64,000 bases of DNA, taken from assembly GCA_016748015.1 (NCBI GenBank), contig JAAOMT010000223.1:9754-73753 (forward strand), given 5' to 3'. This document shows positions 26,401-37,400 of this stretch, piece after piece. The DNA is from Geosiphon pyriformis uo1 (lineage: Eukaryota > Fungi > Glomeromycota). The notes under the pieces are model-generated. The model searched no databases. It was given only the letters and a program-made list of their open reading frames with translations, and was not told the DNA's origin. Each line of letters opens with the position of its first letter. Positions within the stretch are counted from its first letter, which is position 1. A program made the translations under genes and the position numbers.

Positions 26401-29400
26401 GTTTCAATTTCTTCCATTGCTTCAGGTTCTCCAAATTCAATTTCATTCTCATCACTTTCACTGGGCAAGAGGATGCTAAGAGCGTAGCATTTAGAACACC
26501 ACTGTTCATCATAAGGCATAATGCATTCTTCACATAGCCTAATGTTCATTTGCTCTAATTGTTGAATTTAAGCTTTTTGGGTTGGGTAGGTGTGACTTGC
26601 AATTTGGTAGTAGACTTCTACTTCATCTTCGTAATTGAATCCAGCTAATTCTATAGTGTATTCAATGTATTCTGCTTCCTTCATTTGACGGACATCTTCT
26701 TTGGTAGCTCCATTAATTAATGCCATTGTTAAGTCGAAAATCATTTCAGCATCATGGGGGTAGTAATAAAGTTTGTTGAAAGCACTGTTGTATGTTGCAT
26801 TAAAAGATGTTTCTCTTTTTACTTTTTCTGAAATTGATAAAGCATATTGGCAGGTCTGATCGCAGACTCCTTCTCTTATTGCTATATCAATCCAATTGCA
26901 TTCTTCTAGTAGCATATCTCCACAAGTTAAACAAGAGGTGTTATCCCATTTTCCGCTTCTTTTTATTAAATGGCTCCATCATTCTCTATGGCAAGTCTTA
27001 CAGTAATAACAAGTATGATTTTCATATTCTTCTTCAGGTAAAATGCAGACTCCCATTGATGAGAGTTTCTTGTGACAGTCCTTGCATTTGAATAGAATGT
27101 AGGGGTGTTGTTTTCATGCTTTTGGTTTTGAATAGGAGACATTCCATCTGGTTGTCACTAGTTCTTTTGGTTCAAGAGAATTATTTGTTGAAAAGTACTG
27201 TTGTTCAGTTTCATCAGCCCAGTTGAAGGTTGATCCAAGTGCCATAAATGTTTTAATGATGGGCTTTTCTTCTTCTGGTTTGAATTCAAAAACTGGGGCT
27301 TTTTCAGAGCATTTGTTAAATATACCACAAGTGGCAGATACCCGGGTGTATTGTCCTTAGTAAGAGATTGTTAACTCTTATGTCTCTCAATTCAGATTAG
27401 TATTGGCTTTTTGAAGCCAATCATTTCTGACAAGAGCTTGGTACTGGGGCACGTCCATCACAAGAACTTTGACTGAAATGGTGATTCCATCAAGAGTAAA
27501 TGGAAAATTGTCAATTTCTCCTACTGGAGTTTTTTTCATACTATCAGCAGTAATGATTACTGTTTAAGCTGGTCGGTCGACATTTCTCTTTAACTGTTGC
27601 ATTAACTGGTAGGTGATAATGCTTCCAGTAAATCCACTGTTTAAGATCAAGCAAATTGTTTTTCCTTCGACTTCTGCTTCAGTGTACATAGCCGTGATTG
27701 CTTTTTGTTCATTGGTAGCTGCATTGCTAAGCAGGAATGGGGACTTATTTGCTTCAAATTCAAAAGGGAATATATCTGAAAGGTTGGCGTTTTCAGCAAT
27801 TCTGGCTGGTGAGATTGTGGTGGGAGTATAGGAAGGGTTTTGTTGTTGTGCTGTAGCTTTACCTTCTGAGAGTACAGTATGGTGAAAATCCTGTTCTTCT
27901 GGCATTGTTAAATAACTGGGTTGAGTATGATAGTGGTTGGGTCTTGGTTGAGCTGGATTTCGGGGAACCAATTGGTTGTTTGAACTGATTCTATTGTTGT
28001 TTACTTGGTATTGGTTTTGTGGTGTGAATTGATTTTGTGTAATCAATCTTTAAGCAGGTACTTGATAATGTTGTGTGGGTGGTTGTTGGTATTGCTGTTG
28101 GATTGGCTGTGGGGCAGACTGATAATAGTTATTTTGGTATTGAGGTTTTGGTAAATAGTAAGCTGGTGGTGGTGGTTGATAATAAGATTGCTGTAGTGGA
28201 GGGTAACGTTGATTACTCTTATTTTGTTGGTCTCATTGTAACTTTCTGCAATCTCTTTTCCAGTGGCCAGAGATTCCACAGTAATGGCAATTCTGAGGCT
28301 GGTTATTAGAAAGTGGTACAAGTTATTTTGATTTCGTCTTTGGGGTGGTTGATATCTTTGGAGTTGCTATTGTTGTTGATTGGTGAAATAGTTTTCAATC
28401 TTCTTTGTGAGTTGGTCAATTTTTTTCTCAGCTGCTGAGCTGGTTTTTCCAATTGCCAAATTTACAAGTTTTGTTTGATTGGCCTCTTCCATGACCATTT
28501 CATATCTTTTTGCATGCTGTATGGCAGAGTTTAAATCTTCTGGGACATGTAGACGGACTTTTTTAATTAGTTCATCTTTTAGACCAGTGATAAATTGATC
28601 CAAGATTTGAGCATCGGAATAATAATTGTTTGTTTCGAGTTGGCAAATTTGTTTGAAAAGTTTGTTAAATTTTTTAATATAAGTTATAACAGATTTGGAG
28701 GATTCTTGTTTGATATTGCAAAACCGATTTTGAAGGATGATGAAGGTATTATTGTTGGTAAACTGTTCAAGGAAGGCTGCTTTAAAAGCGTTCTAATTAT
28801 TGAATGGAGCAGCCAAGTTTTCAAACCATTCTCCTGCTGTTCTTTTGAGAAAGTAGAAAATTGTTCTTAACATTCTGGCAGCATTCCATCCATTTGCATC
28901 TTCAGCTTTAGTAACTTGGTTAAGCCATTCTTGGAGACTGGTCTTAATGTTTTCTCCATTAAATTCAGGAATTTTTGCGATGTATGCTGTCATTTTGTCT
29001 TCTTTGTTTTCATTGTCTATTGATTTTTTTTCAGTTATTTTAGAGTCATTTTCTTCATTTGCTGCTGTCTCAGAGTGTTCACTTTGATTTTCAGCTAGAA
29101 AATCAAGAAGACTGGAACTAGTTTGAAGGAGTTCTTGCTGTCTGGTGAGGTTTCTGAGTGATGTAAAATTTTCTAGTCTTGCAAATCAATTTAAGGATAA
29201 ATTAGGTGTTTGTGCTTGTGCAAATGAAGCTAGAAAAGATGTGATGGTGAGTGGAAGTTTTGAACTGGTTCCTTGTTCAGGTGTTTGTAAGTGTTTGGCA
29301 GTTGTTTTTGATAGTATTGGAGTATTTGGGGTGGTTTTTGAGTATTGCTTCAATTTGTGTTTGCTTTTGTTGCTTGTTTCTGTCTCCAATTCAAAATCAA

Positions 29401-29725
29401 TGAAGTATTGAGACTGCACTGAGTATGTTTCTTCACAGTACTTGATAATGTTAAAATTAAGTTCTTGAAAGTAAGTGGCAAGTGTTTCACTATTAAGGTC
29501 TTCAGTTCTCAACTGTGAATAGTGTGCTAAATTATTGTAAAGGTTGCTTCTAACTTCTGAAATATTGTAATTTCCAAAAAGATAATTGTTAATGCAGTTT
29601 TCAATGTATTGGTATACTGATTTTTTGACAACTTCAATTCCGTCTGGAATGTTGAATCTTTGCTTGCAATGGGTGTAAATTGACTGATAATACTCTAGAG
29701 TTGTTGCATCTGGTGTGGTTGCCAC
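23456..29725 (-). pseudogene. Gypsy gag-pol polyprotein
   Basis: Capsid-like IAKIPEFNGE...WFENL; zinc knuckle CHYCGISGHWKRDC (~28250-28290); protease LILNSG (D>N); RT (VMPFGLCN, IYLDN); RNase H; integrase core remnant with GPF C-terminus. Stops, one frameshift near 28320 and one internal deletion. Confidence 0.93.
25936..26370 (-). other. Trimeric-type dUTPase domain within Gypsy pol
   Basis: Five motifs in order: DAEYNL, ASQSSLA, GGIIDAGYTG, KIAQAI, RGTQGFGSTG. Confidence 0.93.
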
Positions 29726-29754
29726 TTTGAATTTGTTGTTACTGTGTTATTTCT

Positions 29755-29768
29755 GTTAAAGAGCACCA
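29755..29768 (-). promoter_or_regulatory. Primer binding site of young Gypsy
   Basis: TAACA|TT|TGGTGCTCTTTAAC directly after the 5' LTR; complementary to a tRNA ending GAGCACCA. Confidence 0.75.
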
Positions 29769-29770
29769 AA

Positions 29771-30751
29771 TGTTACTGGAAGTTTTTGGTCTCTTTTCTT
29801 GAATGTTGGTAATGTCTGTTTGTTGTGAATTCACGTTTTCTGGATGTGGTTGAACCTCCAGTAACTGAATTTATTTTCAAATTATTTCCTATAATTTGAA
29901 CTGCTGGGGTTATAAGTAGAATGGCCAATTCCTTACCAGTTGCTTTTATGTAGTTACGTTGTAGTAAATGTCAACTCTTTCCCAGGAATTGCTCATCTGG
30001 AAGCTTACTAAAAATGTGTAGTTACTTTGCTGTGAAAGTCAACTCTTCTACAAGAATTCTTGTCTGTAGGCTACCCTAATAATTATGATAATAAAAGAAA
30101 AAAAAGAAAAGAAATGTAAAAGAAATAGAATTCTGTCAAGAAAAACGTTTTCTATCCAGGCCTGGAGTCACTAACAGTGTACTGAAATTGGTAGCTAATC
30201 AATTTCGAAATGTTAGTTGAGTTTTGGGAATTTTCCAAGTGCAATAATTAAATAATTTGGTTTTTCAAATTATTTAATATTTATTTCTTTTTGTGTGTAG
30301 AGGAACAGTTCTAAGTAATAAATCTAAAGTAAGATACATTTTCTCAAAGAGAGAAGCTCTTCTTTTATACAACTTGTTGTAACACTATTCTATGAACTTG
30401 AACTTTGCTCTTTTCTACAATTTCGCTAAATTAAAGATACATTTCGGCAAACTACAAGTTATTTCTGTGAACTATTAGATATTTCGGTGAACTATCAATT
30501 ATTTCGGCAAATTTCTACAAATTTTGGCAAACTTTTGAATGTTACATATTTCGGGGTATTGCATGATTGATCATCGCATTTAGGTTACATTTGTGTTATG
30601 TACAAATTGGGTTATTAATTAAATGATAATTTTGAACATTTTTTGCTAATGTAATAAGTGATAATTTGAAACAATAATATATGCTAATTAATAATAAAAT
30701 TTATAAGAGTAATTTCATGCTAAACAGTATCTCTAATTTTGTCTAATAACA
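29771..30751 (-). repeat. 5' LTR of young Gypsy (981 bp)
   Basis: Direct repeat of 21630-22622. Confidence 0.95.
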
Positions 30752-33700
30752 ATATAGAAGCTAAAATTAAAAAAAAACCAATTTAATTAATTTTAAATAG
30801 TAAATCTACTAAAAGCATTATTACTTATTAATTAATACAACAACTTAAATAAAATGTAGATAGATCTGCTCAAACAGTTATTATTATAGCTGATAGTATG
30901 AAAAAACTTTAGTTAGAAAAATTAACAACTTTCTATTCAAAATTAATAAAATCATTATTTTAATTAAAGTTCTAATTATAAATGCACTTTAATACTAAGC
31001 TCTTATCAAAAACAATTGGCTTTTCAAAGCCAATGCAAATTTAAATTGAAAAATTTAGAAACTCAAAATTTTAGACTAAGAACAATATATTAAAGTATTT
31101 GCTACTTATAATACTTTTAACAAATAATTAGAAAAAGCCTTTGTGTTCAAATTAAAGAAAAAAAAATGCCAATTACTGAAACCTATATGGCTTTTGAATT
31201 AGCATTTAATTGGGCTGTAAAACAAAACAAGAAATTTTTGAAAAGACCAAAAGATAGAACATTGCCTATTATTCTAAATTAGAACTACAAAAACAGTCAT
31301 CATATATTTAACTCAAATGTAAAAATTACAAGAAAAAACTTTTATTTATGGGAGTCTATATATTACCAGAAAAAAAATAAAAGACACACACTTATTATTA
31401 TTATAAAGCCTGCCACAAAAAATAATTTGAATACTCCAAATAATATAGAAAATAAGATAATACTTCTTGCTTAACATGCAAAAAACTATTACCAAAAGAA
31501 TACAACTGGATCAATATTATAATAAGAGAAAAAGTTTGCAATTAGATCTGCTAATATGCTCTATCAATTGCAAAAAAAGTATACAAAAGAATCTTTTTTA
31601 ATGCAGTATATAACAGCATTCTAAACAAATTTTATTATTATTTATATGATAATTGGTCATGATTCTAATTAATAAAAAAACCCAAAAAGATGTCTACTAA
31701 ATAAAAAAAGCTGAATATATTAAATATACTTTTGAAATTGCTAAATACAACTATGAAAATAAAGTAGAAGTATACTACCAAATTACAAGTCACACTTATT
31801 CGATTAATAAAGCTTAAATTCAATAATTAAAGCAAATAAACATCCAATTATGCAAAAAATGTATTATGTTTTATAATGACCAATAATATTCAGAATACTA
31901 TGCTTTTAATATTCCTTTGTCCAATAAAAGCAATAAGCACAAAATTGAATTTGGAAAATTGAACCAAAAAAAAAAACTGCAACAACTCTAATCTATCTTA
32001 CTGAAAACCAGCTGGTTATGTAACTTAAGTATTTTGCTAATAATAATCAAAGAATAAAGCCAAAAAATATCCACGAAATTTATGCTGAATATAACTTACA
32101 GCAAAAATACTTTGATCTTTTAACCAAAGTTTTTAACAAAAATCAACTTTAAAATTGTTTTTAAAATACTACCAAGAACAATAATTCAAATTGCTTTTCA
32201 ATTATTATTGACAAACAAAAAAATCAATGTTTAAAAAAGAATTATTGATGCAAAATATATTAAAAATATCATTATCATATTATAAAATGAAACCAAAAAA
32301 CTATTTAAAATAAAACATACTAAAAAAATTGCTTAAGCAATTTATCTATTCTTAATCAACATTTTGAGTTTATAACCAGTTAATCAAAAAAAAACAATTA
32401 GGCAAAAGTGATAGAAAAACCCAAAATTTTGGTTCAATAGAACAATTTATAGTTGTAATAAATATAGTTCTTAATACACAAAATGAATTTTACCAGATTT
32501 TTCGATTTTTACAACTAATTATTATATTACTATTTGGAAAACATCATGAAATTTATACTTGTCCGAAACCAATTATTATTTAATAAATCTTTAAATTATA
32601 TAAAAAAATTTGTTTGAAACACAAAATTTCAATTCTAAACATTTATATTCCAAAAAAATAAAGAAGTTTTAAGTTATATTTTATAATTTTAATTATTATT
32701 TCATTATTTTATTAAATAGATTAGAAATTAAAATTATATATAGCAATATTTTTTAGAACAAAATTTTTTAAACTGTTTTTAATTTTATTGAAATCATGAA
32801 ACATATATTACTTCTAAATCCAAGTATTAATTCTAATACTAAAAACTATCACATTATAGAAAAAAAATTTTTTAAATCAACATGAATTCTTTGAAACTTT
32901 AATAACAAAGACAATTAAAACAGTTAATTGCCAAATATGCTAATATATTTACCAAAAATAACAACAATTTCAGAAAAACTAACATTATATAACATTAAAT
33001 TTACATAAAAGATGTTCTACCAAAATATCAATAAGCTTATTAAGTATTACCAACTAATTATCAATTTATTAAAAAAAAAGTTTAACAAATGCTTAACAAT
33101 AAACTTATTCAACCATTAAGAAGTCTCTAGATCTTACCAATAGTTCTTGTTAAAAAAAATAACAAGATCAAATTTTGTGTAGATTATTGTTAACTCAACA
33201 ATATAATAATTGGAGATATATACTTCTTACTAAGAATTGATAATATGTTAAATGCTTTAAAAAAACCAAGTACTTTTCAACTTTAGACTTAAAAAGCAGA
33301 TACTGGCAAGTTGAAATAGACTTTAAAGATTGTCCAAAAACAGTATTTATAATACAAAAAAGAAATTACAAGTTTAATGTTATGCTTTTTGAACTTTGCA
33401 ATATATTAGCAACATTCTAATAACTAATAAATATTGTTTATAAAAAACTTTTATTGCAATTAGTAGTTGTTTATCTTAATAATACTGATATCTATTTTCC
33501 AACTTTTGAAGCTTATCTTATTTATCTGTAAAATATATTTCAATAATTATGAAAAGTAGGATTAAAATTAAACATTGAAAAATATTACTTTGGAAAATAA
33601 GTCTAATTTTTTTTAAATATATTATTAGCAAAAATAAAATTTAACTTAATCCAAAAACAATCAGTACTATTAAAAACTTTCAAGTTTTTTAAAATATTAC

Positions 33701-34463
33701 AGAACTAAAAAAATTTATAGAATTAGCTTTTTATTACTAAAAATTCATTAAAAATTTTTTTGAAATTACCAAACCACTCAATTATCTAATCAACAAAAAT
33801 GTGAAATATTAATAAACACAAACTTAACAAAAAACATTTGATATTTTTAAGAAAAAACTTATTACAGTCTCAATTTTTGCTTACTTAGATTTCAGTAAAA
33901 AATTTTAATTAGCTATTAATGCTTTATATATAGCTTTTGGTATTATCTTATTATAATTAAATAATAATAGCAATAAGTAAGTAATTATATATGCCAATAA
34001 AACACTCAAGCTAACAGAATTCAAATATAGCTTAACTGAATTAAAAACAGCAGCTGTTATTAAGCTTTCAAACACTTTTAACAATATCTTTGAAATAAAT
34101 TTTAATTTGACATTATTACTGATAATATTAGTCTTAAATGACTCAATAAAAAGAGTTCTGAACTTAGTATAAAACAATCTCAATAAACTGATTTTTTTGT
34201 AGATTACAAATATATTATATACTACAAACCAAAAAAATTACACATTAATATAGATAGTCTTTTAAGAATAAAATAAGATTAGAATCAATATCTACAACTT
34301 AACAACTTAATAACAACAAAATAATCAACAGACAATAAATCTTAGCAATTACAAAAACATTAAAAATTACTTGAAAATTTTTATTATATTAAAAAACTAG
34401 TCTTTAATTGACAAATAATAATTGCAACACAAAACAATATTTCCTATATCACAACAATATTTA

Positions 34464-37400
34464 ATAAAAAAAAAACCTCTTTTTTTTCTACTTCCAAAAA
34501 ACCCCAAAAAAAATTTTTTCGAAAAAGAAGTTTTTTATTTTTTTTTGTTATTTCTTACAAACATTTTTCAATCAAATAATCCTTTTGTGAAGAACCTGGC
34601 TGCTGTTTCAGGTAGTGCTATATCTAAAAAGAAGGCGTCTATAGGGGTTTTTCATGGTTCTGTTGGGAGTTATTTCTTCCAGAAGAAGAGAATTTCTGTT
34701 GATAATGTCAAGCATTCTAAAGATGAAAAAAATATCTCTTTGGTTAAATCTGGTTCCAGTCATAGTGTGTATTCGGATATGAACAGTGTATTTGGTAATA
34801 GTAGAGACAATGATATTTCTTTTGGTGTTGGCAATAATTCTTTCCTTAGTTTGGTGACAAACACTCTTAAAGCTAAAAAAGTAAATACCAACCTGGTTTG
34901 TGGCTCCCCTCTTGGCTCAATCAATTATGACATAGATAAAGATGATAGACCCCTCTCTTTCTCTCTTAAAACCTTTCTGAAAAAAAAATGGATTGACCCA
35001 AAAATTGTCAAATCTTAAGTTGAAGTGTCTGTCAGAAAGTTTTTTGCTCTTAATATCAATTTTAGTGCTATGGAAAGGAAATTGGTGACAGTAAAGACTT
35101 ATTTCATCAGAAAAATTTTTTCATCAGTCAATGGTTTTGGGGGGGCCACTACCCCCTTAAAATTTAAAGGGATTATCTGATCAATATTTACTTCAGAAAA
35201 AAGCATGAAAATGGCTACTTTATTGGCCAGAAAGAAAAGAATCATTGTAAACAACAATCTTAAGAAACAAAAAATTCATTCAGATTGGGCTGTGGTAATT
35301 AAAAAAATTCTCATGAATATGCCAAAAGAGATGATTGTCACTGCACTAGCTGAGTTTGGTGAAATTAAGTCGATCAAAATTCAACTAATTGGAATGTGGC
35401 AAAAAGCTGTGGTGGAGTTTACTAAATCAGACCAAGCTAATTTGTTGGTTTTTAAGTGGTTATTTTTAATTGGTAAAAATTCTGTGTGTGTAGCCAAAGC
35501 AGTGGAAGATTGTGAGACTTGGGCTTCAAGGAATCAGTTCAGAGCACTTTTGTTTACTTTACCAGTAGGAATGACAGCACATGATTTTAGGACTCTTCTG
35601 GAAAGGGTTGGTAGGAAAACCTGCATCATAAACAGATCTCTGGAAACTGGTAATAAAATTTGTTGTGTTGTGGTTGGTTTTGAATCTAATGATGATTTGG
35701 AATCTGCCTTTTGCACAAAATCTATCTATAATAGAATAAAACTGTCTTGGGCTAAGATAAATTTGGTTTGTTGTATAAAGTATAGGCATTTTGGATATTC
35801 AGCTCTTAAATGTGATGCTTTAGAGATACTTGTGCTGCCATCATCTAAAAAGTCATATAAAAAGTTCACTTTAGAGGAAGCTTGCTTTCGGCTCGCTAAG
35901 TTGTATAAAAAAAAAGATGTTTCAATCTCTTGTTCTGCTGCCTTTGGTAGCAAATTTTGGGTTCAAGTGGTTTTACTAGCTAATTTTTTTGATGGTGCTT
36001 GCTTCAAATCTGGTTCTAGTTCTTTTCCTCTTGGCATCTTATGTTTGGGTAGTATTTTTTCTTCTACTTCAGATGATAACTCTGGCTTAAGTGATTATTT
36101 AGCAGTATTAAAACACTTTTTAGAGCTTTTGTCAGATCAAGTTTCTGTTTTGTTGAAAAAATCAAGCTTTATGAAGTTAGTGCTTTTGACTGTATCTCTT
36201 TCTGCTCCCTCTCTGGTTGTCTTTGTTTTTTTAGCTCCTGTTCTGAATTCAGATATGGTTTTGGACAATGTATTGGTGTCATCTACTCCCTTTCCCTCTG
36301 TTGGTTCAGATTTGGTTGTCAATTTCAGCTCTAGTAATTCTAAGGTTCTAACAACCAAAGTGAGTAAATTAGAATCCAAAATGGTGGCTTTGGAGGCTTC
36401 TATTAATTTGGTTTTGGAGAGGTTGGATCATCTGTATTCTGGTTTGGGTTTGTCAACTTTCTCTTCATCTCAATGATAAGTTTTGTTTGAAAAATTACTA
36501 CATGCAATGCCTAAGGTATAAACAATTTTGCAAAACAGAAAAATATTGTTTGTTGGCATAAGGATATGAGCAATTTGATTTCAATCATTACTGAGACTAA
36601 GTTGAAAAATAGAGTCTATCTGTAGATTGCTGACAAGTTTGATGGTGTCTGTGTTTTTACTTCTGGTTTGGATTCTGAACATTTAGGTTCTGGTGTTGCT
36701 ATTATCATGAATTCTTCTTTGGCAAAACATGTGTGCAAAGTTTTTGAAGTGCCTGATCAGATCTTTTCTATTAGACTTCTTTTCAAAAATAAACTTTCTG
36801 TGTTGATCTTAGGACTTTATGCTGGTGCTTCATCTGGAGTTCAGTTTTCACAGGCTGGTAAGATCAACTTTCTTATTGCAAAGGCTGTTAATGAATCTTT
36901 TTTTATCATTTTTGGTGGTAATTTCAATAAAAATGGTTCATGAAAATGTGCTAGTTTTAAAAAGTGTATTAGTTTGGGGCTGGTCAATTCTTTGATGGGT
37001 AGTTCATTAGTGAATTGTCTTATATGGAGTAATTCAAGGGGTGTAAGGAAGACAATTGATTACATTTTAGTTTTATCAAATTTAGTTAGTGTGGTTGTGG
37101 ATTGTGATGTTATGGATATTGGTGATCACTTTAATACTGATTATCATGCTGTTTCTGTTTCAGTGGGTTTGGGTGGCTTGCTAGACACTCAGTTGAACTC
37201 TCTTTGTAAACAGACAAATAAAAATCACTAGAAGTTTGATTTTGATGGTGCTGATAATACAAAGTGAAACAAGTTTAAAGATGCTATAACAGCCAATACT
37301 GCTATGTTCTCTGATAATTTTACCACTTTCAAGCATTTTTTGGACCTGGATGCAATGTGAGATACAATTTACAAAGTTATGTCACTTTCGGTTGATAAAA

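Larger units (their letters stand above)
21630..30751 (-). mobile_element. Younger Ty3/Gypsy LTR retrotransposon with dUTPase (inactivated)
   Basis: Two ~0.99-kb LTRs with TGTTA...TAACA ends, PBS, PPT, 4-bp TSD ACAT (21626-21629)/ATAT (30752-30755); domain order gag-PR-(Cys-rich)-dUT-RT-RH-IN. Confidence 0.95.
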
